The notes beneath the pieces are model-generated. The model was not told where the DNA came from. It ran no database searches and saw only the letters and a program-made list of their open reading frames with translations. Made by a program: the position numbers and the translations under genes. A DNA stretch of 64,000 nt from Utricularia gibba (Eukaryota; Plantae; Magnoliophyta): positions 1 through 64,000 of the forward strand of contig NEEC01000035.1 in NCBI GenBank assembly GCA_002189035.1, written 5' to 3'. Below, one piece after another: positions 26,700-41,100 of this stretch; position 1 is the stretch's first letter, and the number at the start of each line of letters is the position of its first letter.

Positions 26700-29600
26700 A
26701 ATACATCTGAAGGCTAAGATAAGGCGATAATTCGAGCTTTGATGCATCCTCGGACGAAGAAGCTTTCAACACGGAAGCTTTCGAAACGGTATGCTCATCA
26801 CGGTCCCGAAATACCGAACGGTGTGCGAGGCCACCATGAGGCTGCGTAGGGACACACCCAGAGCTTGTTCAGAGATCGCCTCGAAAACCCATACTTCACG
26901 TCATCCAATAAAACGCAGATGTTTTGCAAGAAAATCACAATCGCGTCGATTCTCGTTTCCGAGTCGCATCGTCGCGAACGTGGTGGCCAATTTGTGGCAC
27001 ATCTGAAGGCTAAGATAAGGCGATAATTCGAGCTTTGATGCATCCTCGGACGAAGAAGCTTTCAACACGGAAGCTGACCGGCACGGAAAGGGGTTCGAAA
27101 CGGTATGCCGGGCGCAGCATGACTCATCACGGTTTTCAGGATATGGCCGAAATACCGAACGGTGTGCGAGGCCACCATGAGGCTGCAGGGACACACCCAG
27201 AGCTTGTTCAGAGATCGCCTCGAAAACCCATACTTCACGTCGCAGATGTCTTCGCGTCGATTCTCGTGTTCCGAGTCGCATCGTCGCGAACGTGGTGGCC
27301 AATTTGTGGCACATCTGAAGGCTAAGATAAGGCGATAATTCGAGCTTGATGCATCCTCGGACGAAGAAGCTTTCAACACGGAAGCTGACCGGCACGGAAA
27401 GGGGTTCGAAACGGTATGCCGGGCGCAGCATGACTCATCACGGTTTTCAGGATATGGCGAAATACCGAACGGTGTGCGTGAGGCTTAGGGACACACCCAG
27501 AGCTTGTTCAGAGATCGCCTCGAAAACCCATACTTCACGGCAGATGTTTTGCACACAATCTCGAAGTCGCATCGTCGCGAACGTGGTGGCCAATTTGTGG
27601 TCGATAATTCGAGCTCATCCTCGGACGAAGAAGCTTTCAACACGGAAGCTGACCGGCACGGAAAGGGGTTCGAAACGGTATGTGACTCATCACGGTTTTC
27701 AGGATATGGCCGAAATACCGAACGGTGTGCGAGGCCACCATGAGGCTGCGGTAGTAGAGATCTCGGGCAGCTTAAGTCGCATCGAACGAATACATCTGAA
27801 GGCTAAGATAAGGCCGAGCATGCATCCTTCATTTCGAAACGGTATGCCGGGCGCATCATCACGGTTTTCAGGATATGGCCGAAATACCGAACGGTGTGCG
27901 AGGCCACCATGAGGCTGCGGTAGGGACACACCCAGAGCTTGTTCAGAGATCGCCTCGAAAACCCATACTTCACGTCATCCAATAAAACGCAGATGTTTTG
28001 CAAGAAAATCACAATCGCGTCGATTCTCGTGTTCCGAGTCGCATCGTCGCGAACGTGGTGGCCAATTTGTGGCACATCTGAAGGCTAAGATAAGGCGATA
28101 ATTCGAGCTTTGATGCATCCTCGGACGAAGAAGCTTTCAACACGGAAGCTGACCGGCACGGAAAGGGGTTCGAAACGGTATGCCGGGCGCAGCATGACTC
28201 ATCACGGTTTTCAGGATATGGCCGAAATACCGAACGGTGTGCGAGGCCACCATGAGGCTGGATTCGAAAATGGAAGCTGACCGGCACGGAAAGGGGTTCG
28301 AAACGGTATGCCGGGCGCAGCATGACTCATCACGGTTTTCAGGATATGGCCGAAATACCGAACGGTGTGCGAGGCCACCATGAGGCTGCAGTAGGGACAC
28401 ACCCAGAGCTTGTTCAGAGATCGCCTCGAAAACCCATACTTCACGTCATCCAATAAAACGCAGATGTTTTGCAAGGCGAAAATCACAATCGCGTCGATTC
28501 TCGTGTTCCGAGTCGCATCGTCGCGAACGTGGTGGCCAATTTGTGGCACATCTGAAGGCTAAGATAAGGCGATAATTCGAGCTTTGATGCATCCTCGGAC
28601 GAAGAAGCTTTCAACACGGAAGCTGACCGGCACGGAAAGGGGTTCGAAACGGTATGCCGGGCGCAGCATGACTCATCACGGTTTTCAGGATATGGCCGAA
28701 ATACCGAACGGTGTGCGAGGCCACCATGAGGCTGCAGTAGGGACACACCCAGAGCTTGTTCAGAGATCGCCTCGAAAACCCATACTTCACGTCATCCAAT
28801 AAAACGCAGATGTTTTGCAAGAAAATCACAATCGCGTCGATTCTCGTTTCCGAGTCGCATCGTCGCGAACGTGGTGGCCAATTTGTGGCACATCTGAAGG
28901 CTAAGATAAGGCGATAATTCGAGCTTTGATGCATCCTCGGACGAAGAAGCTTTCAACACGGAAGCTGACCGGCACGGAAAGGGGTTCGAAACGGTATGCC
29001 GGGCGCAGCATGACTCATCACGGTTTTCAGGATATGGCCGAAATACCGAACGGTGTGCGAGGCCACCATGAGGCTGCAGTAGAGATCGCCTCGAAAACCC
29101 ATACTTCACGGCTAAAATTCAAGTCGCATCGAAAATCACAAACCGATAATTCGAGCTCATTCGGACGTTTCAACACGGAAGCTGACCGGCACGGAAAGGG
29201 GTTCGAAACGGTATGCCGTCATCACGGTTTTCACCGAAGGATCTGTTAGCGTCGGTGGCCGAGATAGTCGCATCGTCGCGAACGTGGTGGCCAATTTGTG
29301 GCACATCTGATAAGCGATAATTCGAAGGGACGACTTTCTGATTCGAAACGGTATGCCGGAGCGAGGTTTTCAGGATATGGCCGAAATACCGAACGGTGTG
29401 CGATGAGGCTTTACTCGGGGATGAAAAGAAAAAACACATCTCTCGAGTTCGGACCGCATCGTCAACGTGCGAAATTCGAACCATGAGGCTGCCATCTAAG
29501 GCTCAAGAAAATTAAGTCGCATCGTCGCGAACGTGGTGGCCAATTTGTGGCACATCTGAAGGCTAACGATGAGCTGGCAACGAAGAAACGGAAGCTTTCG

Positions 29601-32600
29601 ATAAAGCTTGTGCGAGGCCACCATGAGGCTTAGTCAGTTCGAAAACGGCAGATGGCATGAAGTCGCATCGTCGCGAACGTGGTGGCCAATTTGTGGCACA
29701 TCTGAAGGCTAAGGCGATGAATGCAACGAAGAATTTCGAAACCTGAGGAGGATATGGCCGAAATACCGAACGGTGTGCGAGGCCACCATGAGGCTGCGGG
29801 TAGTTGTTCAGAGATCGCCTCGAAAACCCATACTTCACGTCATCCAATAAAACGCAGATGTTTTGCAAGGAAAATCACAATCGCGTCGATTCTCGTGTTC
29901 CGAGTCGCATCGTCGCGAACGTGGTGGCCAATTTGTGGCACATCTGAAGGCTAACGATAATTCGAAGCGATTCCTCGTCATTTCGAAACGCTGACGGAGG
30001 ATGAAATACGAACGGTGTGCGAGGCCACCATGAGGCCACCCAGAGCTTGTTCAGAGATCGCCTCGAAAACCCATACTTCACGTCATCCAATAAAACGCCA
30101 AAGCGTCGAAGTCGCATCGTCGCGAACGTGGTGGCCAATTTGTGGCACATCTGAAGGCTCGATAATTCGAGCTGATGCATCCTCGGACGAAGAAGCTTTC
30201 AACACGGAAGCTGACCGGCACGGAAAGGGGTTCGAAACGGTATGCCGGGCGCAAGGCCGAAATACCGAACGGTGTGCGAGGCCACCATGAGGCAGTTGTT
30301 CAGAGATAAGGCCATGAAGTCGCATCGTCGCGAACGTGGTGGCCAATTTGTGGCACATCTGAAGGCTAAGATAAGGCGATAATTCGAGCTTTGATGCATC
30401 CTCGGACGAAGAAGCTTTCAACACGGAAGCTGACCGGCACGGAAAGGGGTTCGAAACGGTATGCCGGGCGCAGCACGGTTTTCAGGATATGGCCGAAATA
30501 CCGAACGGTGTGCGAGGCCACCATGAGGCTGCAGTTGTTCAGAGATCGCCTCGAAAACCCATACTTCACGTCATCCAATAAAACGCAGATGTTTTGCAAG
30601 CGAAAATCACAATCGCGTCGATTCTCGTGTTCCGAGTCGCATCGTCGCGAACGTGGTGGCCAATTTGTGGCACATCTGAAGGCTAAGATAAGGCGATAAT
30701 TCGAGCTTGATGCATCCTCGGACGAAGAAACACGGAAGCTGACCGGCACGGAAAGGGGTTCGAAACAAAGGTTTTCACGAAATACCGAACGAGGCCACCA
30801 TGAGGCTTTTGTTCAGAGATTCGAAAACCCATACTTCACGGCAGATGTTTTGCAAGGAAAGCAAGTCGCATCGTCGCGAACGTGGTGGCCAATTTGTGGC
30901 ACATCTGAAGGCTAATATAAGGCGATAATTCGAGCTGATGCATCCTCGGACGAAGATATTTCGAAACGGGTGAGAGTGGAACGGTGTGCGAGGCCACCAT
31001 GAGGCTGCGTAGGTAGAGATCAGGCCTTAAGATCGTTGGTGGCCAATTTGCACATCTGAAGGCTAACCCATAATCATTTTCTTTCAACGAAGAACGATGA
31101 GGCTTTTGCAGAGATCGAAAGGCAGGTTCAAGTCGCGAAACGATCGCGAGCTGATGGGACCAATTTTAAAGGGTTATAAGTCACAGGCCTGATAAAAACG
31201 GTCCTCGTCAATCGGAAATGAAACCCGAGGCACTTCACGCAGTTCAGGATAGGCCTGAACGGTGTGCGAGAAGCCCCATGGGCTCATTATAAAGACTTGT
31301 TCAGAGAAGCTCGAAAGGTCGAGAAATAAACGTACACGAACGTGTTCTAATGGAGCTTATGAATCCTCGGTGACTTAAAGTTACGAAACGGAATCGGACG
31401 TCGATTCTATGCCGGGCGCAGCATGACTCATCACGTTTTCAGGATATGGCCTACCGAACGGTGTGCGAGGCCACCTTTGATGCAGGACTGCTTTCGAGGG
31501 ACACGAGCTTGTTCAGAGAAATAAAACCGGTGTGCGAGAACCATGTTAATGCAGTCGACAACGTTGTTCTCGTCGCCTCGAAAACCCATACGGGTGCCAA
31601 AACGAAATTTACGGCCGATCGAGCTCATCCTCGGACGAAGAAGCTTTCAACACGGAAGCTGACCGGCACGGAAAGGGGTTCGAAACGGTATGCCGGGCGC
31701 AGCTGACTCATCACGAGCTTCGTCTGCGCGAAGTACCGTGCCGAGAAAAGAATAGGCCCGAGCATGATGGATTGTTTTCTGGCACGGAACGCTGACTGCG
31801 GCACTAGAAGGGGCCATGAAAAGACTCATCGACGGTCAGGATATTACCGAACGCCGAGGCTGAGGCTGTATATCGGGGCAGCTCGAAAATACCGATCGCG
31901 ATCGTCTGACCGGCACGTGTGTCGGGCGGGCTGAATATAAGGCGGGATAAAAATCGAAACGATAGAATGCTTTCAACACGGAAGCTGACCGGCACGCGAA
32001 ACGGTATGTGAGGTTTTCACCGACCTGTTGAGGCTTTAGAGATCGCCTCGAAAACCCATACTTCACGGCCTTAAAATCGCGACCTCGTCATTCTAATCGA
32101 CGCATCTGTTTTCTAAGGGATGAAAGGCGAACGTCGCGAGCTCGGATGTTCTCTGGCAGCTTAACGATCAATACGGGGCCTGAAAAAAATTCGATCGACG
32201 AATGCATCCTCGGACGAAGAAGCTTTCAACACGGAAGCTGACCGGCACGGAAAGGGGTTCGAAACGGTATGCCGGGCGCAGCATGACTCATCACGGTTTT
32301 CAGGATATGGCCGAAATACCGAACGGTGTGCGAGGCCACCATGAGGCTGCAGTAGGTTGTTCAGAGATCGCCTCGAAAACCCATACTTCACGGCCTGAAA
32401 AAACAGGCCGACCATGCGTGTTTTATTGACGCACTTGTTGAGGCAGGGACATTGTTCAGAGATCGCCTCGAAAACCCATACTTCACGTCATCCAATAAAA
32501 CGCAGATGTTTTGCAAGAAAATCACAATCGCGTCGATTCTCGTGTTCCGAGTCGCATCGTCGCGAACGTGGTGGCCAATTTGTGGCACATCTGAAGGCTA

Positions 32601-34900
32601 ATAAGGCGATAATTCGAGCGATGCATCCTCGGACGAAGAAGCTTTCAACACGGAAGCTTTCGAAACGGTATTCGGACGAAGAACGCTGAGGCCGGTAGAA
32701 GGGGCACGAAAGATAGTCGCAAACGACGGGCTCGACGAGCTTTGATGCATCCTCGGACGAAGAAGCTTTCAACACGGAAGCTGACCGGCACGGAAAGGGG
32801 TTCGAAACGGTATGTGGACGAGGCCACCATGAGGCTGCAGTACACGGGCTTCAAGAATCGCGAAAACCGAGCATGCATCCTTTTCATGACCGGCACCCGG
32901 TATTGGCACCCAGATGTTTTCAGAGATCGCCTCGAAAACCCATACTTCACGGTCTTCTCGAAAAACGCGGCCAATTTGTCACATCTGAAGTAAGATAAGG
33001 CGATAATTCGAGCTTGATGCCATCACTCGGACGATAGAATGCATTTCAACACGGAAGCTGACCGGCACGGAAAGGGGTTCGAAACGGTATGCCGGGCGCA
33101 GCACTCATCACGGTTTTCAGGATATGGCCGAAATACCGAACGGTGTGCGAGGCCACCATGAGGCTGCGGGTAGGATAGGCCTTGTTCAGAGATCGCCTCG
33201 AAAACCCATACTTCATCATCCAATAAAACGCAGATGTTTCAGCGTCGAAGGTCGATTCTCGAAGTCGCATCGTCGCGAACGTGGTGGCCAATTTGTGGCA
33301 CATCTGAAGGCTAAGATAAGGCGATAATTCGAGCTTTGATGCATCCTCGGACGAAGAAGCTTTCAACACGGAAGCTGACCGGCACGGAAAGGGGTTCGAA
33401 ACGGTATGCCGGGCGCAGCGAAGACTTTTTTAGGCTGACCGGCCGGAAAGGGGTCGAAACGTGCCGCCGCAGGCTGACAATAGCACACAAATCAGTCCGA
33501 GGCCTGAAGATCGTTACGAACCCATCGTCGTTCTCTCGACTTTCATACGGAAGGCACGAGAAAATACGATCGACGAGCTCGTTTCTTTCTCTGACGACTT
33601 CCACCATGAGGCTTTTGTTCAGAGATAAGGCACCACGAAAAACACAGGCCGAGAATGCGTTTCAACACGGAAGCTTTCGAAACGGTATGCAGGACTCATC
33701 ATTTTCACCGAAACCGAACGGTGTGCGAGGCCACCATGAGGCTGCGGTAGTTGTTCAGAGATCGCCTCGAAAACCCATACTTCACGTCACCAATAAAACG
33801 CAGATGTTTTGCTCACAATCGAAAAAACGAAAACGATAATTCGAGCATGCGTTTCAACACGGAAGCTGACCGGCACGGAAAGGGGTTCGAAACGGTAAGA
33901 GCACTTGTGTGAGGCTTTTGTTCAGAGATCGCCTCGAAAACCCATACTTCACGTCGCCTTCGAAGATCGAACGCCAATTTGTGGCACATCTGAAGGCTAA
34001 CGATAATTCGAGCTTTGATGCATCCTCGGACGAAGAAGCTTTCAACACGGAAGCTGACCGGCACGGAAAGGGGTTCGAAACGGTATGCCGGGCGCAGCAT
34101 GACTCATCACGGTTTTCAGGATATGGCCGAAATACCGAACGGTGTGCGAGGCCACCATGAGGCTTTTGTTCAGAGATCGCCTCGAAAACCCATACTTCAC
34201 GTCACCCAATAAAACGCAGGTGATTCTCGTGAGTCGCATCGTCGCGAACGTGGTGGCCAATTTGTGGCACATCTGAAGGCTAAGATAAGGCGATAATTCG
34301 AGCGACATGTTTTGTCGCACGAAGAACGAACCATGAGGCTGATACGGAAAGGCACTTATAGTCGCAATACTCATCCGAACAATCATTTTATGCGAACGGT
34401 TTTCAGGATATGGCCGAGGCGAACCATGAGGCTGTTAGCGGGGCAGCTGAAGATAACGACCCGAAAATGTTTCGAAACGGTAAGCATGACGAGCTTGTTG
34501 AGGCTTTTGTTCAGAGATCGCCTCGAAAACCCATACTTCACGTCAGCAGCTTCAAGAAACCCACATCTCCGAGCTCGATAAAGAAAAGCTCCGAGCTCGG
34601 ACGAAGAAGCTTTCTAAAAACGACCGGAAAGTGTTTTATGCCGGGCGCAGCGTGCCATCACGGTTTGGATATTTGTGGACGGTAGGCCACCATGAGGCTG
34701 CGGGTAGAGAAAAACCCATACTTCACGTCAGAGCTCGAAGAATCCATCTTCCCACACGTACGTCGAGCCGTTTTTTCGAAACGGTATTTGCACCGAAATA
34801 TCGACCACCATCTGCGTTTCTCGTCGAGGTCATCGAACGGTCGTGGCCAATTTGTGGCACATCTGAAGGCTAAGATAAGGCGATAATTCGAGCTTTGATA
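26700..34900 (+). repeat. Second A-type domain
   Basis: Clean A copies at 26.8-29.0, 30.4-30.7, 33.3 and 34.0 kb, with heavily scrambled intervals between them. Confidence 0.7.
28144..28388 (+). repeat. Partial-monomer duplication (~117 bp repeated at 128 bp offset)
   Basis: ggaagctgacc...catgaggctg occurs at 28144-28260 and again from 28272, joined by an 11-nt filler gattcgaaaat. Both copies are clean. Confidence 0.7.
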
Positions 34901-35199
34901 ATGCTCTATATTCGACTTCTGAGGCAGAGAGAGCCTCGGGCACAAGGAAAGGGAAAACGTGTACACGAAGGCGCGAGCGTGACTCATCTTTTCTTGGCAC
35001 CGAACCGAACCATGAGGCTGCGGGTATTCCGAGGCAGCTGAAGGCAAACACACATCTCCCGTTCAATGCCTTCGAAAATTGACTGCAGCCGAAATTGTTG
35101 AGGCTGCGGGTAGGATTGTTCAGAGATCGCCTCGAAAACCCATACTTCACGTCAGTAATCACAATCGCGTCGATTCTCGAGTCGCATCGTCGCGAACGT

Positions 35200-38100
35200 G
35201 GTGGCCAATTTGTGGCACATCTGAAGGCTAATATAAGGCGATAATTCGAGCTCTGATGCATCCTCGGACGAAGATTTCGGAAGCTTTCTCCGTGAGCCGA
35301 CCGAACGGTCGATGAGGCTGTTCAGAGATCGCCTCGAAAACCGTGCAGCATGCGTCGAAGATCGTCGCGAACGTGCCAATTTGTGGCACATCTGAAGGCG
35401 GCGATAATTCGAGCTTGATGCATCCTCGGACGAAGAAGCTTTCAACACGGAAGCTGACCGGCACGGAAAGGGGTTCGAAACGGTATGCCGGGCGCAGCGT
35501 GACTCATCACGGTTTTCAGGATATCGAAATACCGAACGGTGTGCGAGGCCACCATGAGGCTGCGGGTAGGACACACCAGAGCTTGTTCAGAGATCGCCTC
35601 GAAAACCCATACTTCACGTCACCCAATAAAACGCAGATGTTTTGCAAGCGAAAATCACAATCGCGTCGATTCTCGTGTTCCGAGTCGCATCGTCGCGAAC
35701 GTGGTGGCCAATTTGTGGCACATCTGAAGGCTAAGATAAGGCGATAATTCGAGCTCTGATGCATCCTCGGACGAAGAAGCTTTCAACACGGAAGCTGACC
35801 GGCACGGAAAGGGGTTCGAAACGGTATGCCGGGCGCAGCGTGACTCATCACGGTTTTCAGGATATCGCCGAAATACCGAACGGTGTGCGAGGCCACCATG
35901 AGGCTGCGGGTAGGGACACACCAGAGCTTGTTCAGAGATCGCCTCGAAAACCCATACTTCACGTCACCCAATAAAACGCAGATGTTTTGCAAGGCGAAAA
36001 TCACAATCGCGTCGATTCTCGTGTTCCGAGTCGCATCGTCGCGAACGTGGTGGCCAATTTGTGGCACATCTGAAGGCTAAGATAAGGCGATAATTCGAGC
36101 TCTGATGCATCCTCGGACGAAGAAGCTTTCAACACGGAAGCTGACCGGCACGGGGGGTTCGAAACGGTATGCCGGGCGCAGCGTGACTCATCACGCAGGA
36201 CCCGAACATGAGGCTGCGGGTAGGACAGAGCTTGTTCAGAGATCGCCTCGAAAACCCATACTTCACGTCACCCAATAAAACGCAGATGTTTTGCATCACA
36301 ATCGCGTCGAAAAACCCACTCTCGTTTTCGTTTCGAAATCGTCTGGTGGCCAATTTGTGGCACATCTGAAGGCTACGATAAGAGCTCTGATGCATCCTCG
36401 GACGATAATTTCGCGCTGAGGCCCCTCGCACCATGAATTCTCGTTACTTCACGGCAGATGTTTTGCAAGCGAAAATCACAATCGCGTCGATTCTCGTGTT
36501 CCGAGTCGCATCGTCGCGAACGTGGTGGCCAATTTGTGGCACATCTGAAGGCTAATATAAGGCGATAATTCGAGCTCTGATGCATCCTCGGACGAAGCTT
36601 TCGCTTTCGAAACATGCAAGGACGAACTCTGAGGCTTTTGGAGATCGCCGACCGGCCGGAAAGCGTCGGTGTTCCGAGTCGCAAACGTGGTGGCCAATTT
36701 GTGGCACATCTGAAGGCTAATATAAGGCGATAATTCGAGCTCTGATGCATCCTCGGACGAAGATGCTTTCAACACGGAAGCTTTCGAAACGGTAAGCGTG
36801 ACGGATCGATTCGAACCATAGCGAGCTCCGAGTCAGCATCACAATCGCGTCGATTCTCGTGTTCCGAGTCGCATCGTCGCGAACGTGGTGGCCAATTTGT
36901 GGCACATCTGAAGGCTAATATAAGGCGATAATTCGAGCTCTGATGCATCCTCGGACGACGGAAGCTGACTTTCGAAACGGTATGCGGGCGCTTGATCACA
37001 TGAGCAAGAAAATCACAATCAGCGTCGATGGCAGATTTTTGTCACAATCGCGTCGATTCTCGTGTTCCGAGTCGCATCGTCGCGAACGTGGTGGCCAATT
37101 TGTGGCACATCTGAAGGCTAATATAAGGCGATAATTCGAGCTCTGATGCATCCTCGGACGAAGAAGCTTTCAACACGGAAGCTGACCGGCACGGAAAGGG
37201 CTCTCGATCTTATGAATCAGCGCTCGAAAACCCATACTTCACGTCACGCACTGACAAATACGTGCGACGAATGCGGATCAATTTCGTTTGGAGAGCTTGT
37301 TCAGAGATCCGTCGAGTGCAGCATGAAAAACACAATCGCGTCGATTCGTGTTCGAAACGATGTCGCATCGAGCGATCGCGAATAAGGGCTAATATAAGGC
37401 GATAATTCGAGCTCGACCATGCATCCTCGGACGAAGAAGCTTTCAACACGGAAGCTGACCGGCACGGATCCTCGGGTATGCCGGGCGCAGCGTGACTCAT
37501 CGACGAATGCAGGATATGATACCCGAACGGTGTGCGAGGCCACCATGAGGCTGCGGGTAGGAACACACGGAGCTTGTTCAGAGATCGCCTCGAAAACCCA
37601 TACTTCACGTCACCCAATAAAACGACAGATGTTTTTTCAGAAATCGGCGTCGATTCTCGAAGTCGCATCGTCGCGAACGTGGTGGCCAATTTGTGGCACA
37701 TCTGAAGGCTAATATAAGGCGATAATTCGAGCTCTGATGCATCCTCGGACGAAGATGCGGAAGCTTTCGAAACATGCCAAGCTGTTCTTTCTCTAAGGCA
37801 CGAGCATAATTTGACGATCCAATGAATTTCATTTTCCGTCGCCGAGAAAACCATGAGGCTGCGAGTAGTAGGCCTCGAAGATCGTTCGAGAAGCCCGAGC
37901 TCTGATGCATCCTCGGACGAAGATGCAACACGTGACCGGCATAAACCCAGAGATCTTCAAGATATCGACGAGATGCCGAACCGAGGCCACCATGAGGCTG
38001 CGGGTAGGAGAGCTTCTCTCGATACACGTCAGTCAAAAAATCGCGTCGAGTGTTCCGAGTCGCATCGTCGCGAACGTGGTGGCCAATTTGTGGCACATCT

Positions 38101-41100
38101 GAAGGCTAAGATAAGGCGATAATTCGAGCTCTGATGCATCCTCGGACGAAGATGCTTTCAACACGGAAGCTGACCGGCACGAAACGGTAAGCGTGACTCA
38201 TCAACGGTGTGCGAGGCCACCATGAGGCTGCGGGTAGGACACACCCAGAGCTTGTTCAGAGATCGCCTCGAAAACCCATACTTCACGTCATCCAATAAAA
38301 CGCAGATGTTTTGCAAGCCGAAAATCACAATCGCGTCGATTCTCGTGTTCCGAGTCGCATCGTCGCGAACGTGGTGGCCAATTTGTGGCACATCTGAAGG
38401 CTAATATAAGGCGACGAGCTTGATGCAACGAAGATGCCTGACCGGCACGGAAATTCGAAACGCTGACGGACGAGGAACCATGAGGCTGCAGGTACGGAAA
38501 GGCAGGCAAGCCGAAAATCACAATCGCGTCGATTCTCGTGTTCCGAATCGTCGCGAACGCCAATTTGTGGCACATCTGAAGGCTAATATAAGGCGATAAT
38601 TCGAGCTCTGATGCATCCTCGGACGAAGATGCTTTCAACACGGAAGCTGACCGGCACGGAAAGGGTTTATGTGGCACCGAAATACCGAACGGTGTGCGAG
38701 GCCACCATGAGGCTGCGGGTAGGGACACCCAGAGCTTGTTCAGAGATCGCCTCGAAAACCCATACTTCACGTCACCAATAAAACGCAGATGTTTTGCAAG
38801 GAGTCGAAGTCGCATCGTCGCGAACGTGGTGGCCAATTTGTGGCACATCTGAAGGCTAAGATAAGGCGATAATTCGAGCTCTGATGCATCCTCGGACGAA
38901 GCTGACCGGCACGGAAAGGGGTTCGAAACGGTATGCCGGGCGCAGCGTGACGCTGCCGAACCGAGGCCACCATGAGGCTGCGGGTAGGAACGAGCAGTCG
39001 CCTCGAAAACGGTGTGCATGAAATAACGTAATTCGGGCTCGATGAGCTCATCCTCGGAAGATGCTTTCATTTCTATTGACGCGAACGAGGCCACCATGAG
39101 GCTGCAGGTAGAGATCGCCTCGAAAGTCATCCAATAAAACGCAGATGTTTTGCAAGCCGAAAATCACAATCGCGTCGATTCTCGTGTTCCGATCGTTCGC
39201 ACATCTGAAGGCTCCCATTCATATTCTAAACGGTGTGCGATGAGGCTGCGGGTTACAGGCCATGCAGAGATCGAACGAATAATCTTAAGGCCAGCTATGC
39301 ATCCTCGGACGAAGATGCCCGGCACGGAAAGGGGTTCGAAACGGTATGCCGGCGCAGCTGACTCATCACGGTTTTCAGGATATCGACCGAACGAGGCCAC
39401 CATGAGAGGACACCCAGAGCTTGTTCAGAGATCGCCTCGAAAACGGCAGATGTTTTGCAAGCGAAAATCACAATCGCGTCGATTCTCGTGTTCCGCATCG
39501 TCGCGAACGTGGTGGCCAATTTGTGGCACATCTGAAGGCTAAGATAAGGCGATAATTCGAGCTCTGATGCATCCTCGGACGAAGATGCTTTCAACACGGA
39601 AGCTGACCGGCACGGAAAGGGGTTCGAAACGGTATGCCGCGCAGCGTGACTCATCACGGTTTTCAGGATGACCGAACGGTGTGCGAACCATGAGGCTGCG
39701 GGTAGGACACACCAGAGCTTGTTCAGAGATCGCCTCGAAAACCCATACTTCACGTCACCAATAAAACGCAGATGTTTTGCAAGCCGAAAATCACAATCGC
39801 GTCGATTCTCGTGTTCCGAATCGTCGCGAACGTGGTGGCCAATTTGTGGCACATCTGAAGGCTCGACGAGCTCGATGCATCCTCGGACGAAGATGCTTTC
39901 AACACGGAAGCTGACCGGCACGGAAAGGGGTTCGACGGTATGCTGCGGGTAGGGCAGCGTGAAGGCTAATTCGCGTCGAAGATCGAACGTAATTTGACAT
40001 CTGAAGGCTAGGCCGAATGCATCCTCGGACGAAGATGCTTTCAACACGGAAGCTGACCGGCGGACGAAACGGTATGAGAGGGGACCGAAAACCACTTACA
40101 CGAGCTTGTTCAGAGATCGCCTCGAAAACCCATACTTCACGTCACCAATAAAACGCAGATGTTTTGCAAGCGAAAATCACAATCGCGTCGAAGTCGCATC
40201 GTCGCGAACGTGGTGGCCAATTTGTGGCACATCTGAAGGCGATAATTCGAGCTTGATGCATCGTGCGGTGTCGATCTCGTGGTGGCTTTCATCTTCTAAG
40301 AAAGGCTAAAATACCGAACGGTGTGCGAGGCCACCATGAGGCTGAGGACACACCAGAGCTTGTTCAGAGATCGCCTCGAAAACCCATACTTCACGTCACG
40401 CAGATGTTTTGCAAGCTCACAATCGCGTCGATTCTCGTGTTCCGAGTCGCATCGTCGCGAACGTGGTGGCCAATTTGTGGCACATCTGAAGGCTAATATA
40501 AGGCGATAATTCGAGCTGATGCATCCTCGGACGAAGCTTTCAACACGGAAGCTGACCGGCACGGAAAGGGGTTCGAAACGGTATGCCGGCGCAGCGTGAC
40601 TCATCACGGTTCAGGATATCGCCGAACGGTGTGCGAGGCCACCATGAGCTGCGGGTAGGACACACCTAGACACACCAGAGATCGCCTCGAAAACCCATAC
40701 TTCACGTCACCAATAAAACGCAGATGTTTTGCAAGGCGAAATCACAATCGCGTCGATTCTCGTGTTCCGAGTCGCATCGTCGCGAACGTGGTGGCCAATT
40801 TGTGGCACATCTGAAGGCTAATATAAGGCGATAATTCGAGCTCTGATGCATCCTCGGACGAAGATGCTTTCAACACGGAAGCTGACCGGCACGGAAAGGG
40901 GTTCGAAACGGTATGCCGCGCAGCGTGACTCATCACGGTTTTCAGGATATCGCCGAAATACCGAACGGTGTGCGAGGCCACCATGAGGCTGCGGGTAGGA
41001 CACATGAGAGCTTGTTCAGAGATCGCGAAAACCCATATCTTCATCACCCAATAAAACGCAGATGTTTTGTTTTCGAAAATACACAATCGTCCGCGTGTTC

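Noticed and set aside
31060-32180. Unique insert or transposon fragment in the most degraded stretch (also about 25.6-26.7 kb)
   Set aside because: Monomer words still appear in collinear order throughout. There are no terminal repeats, target-site duplication or transposase-like ORF.
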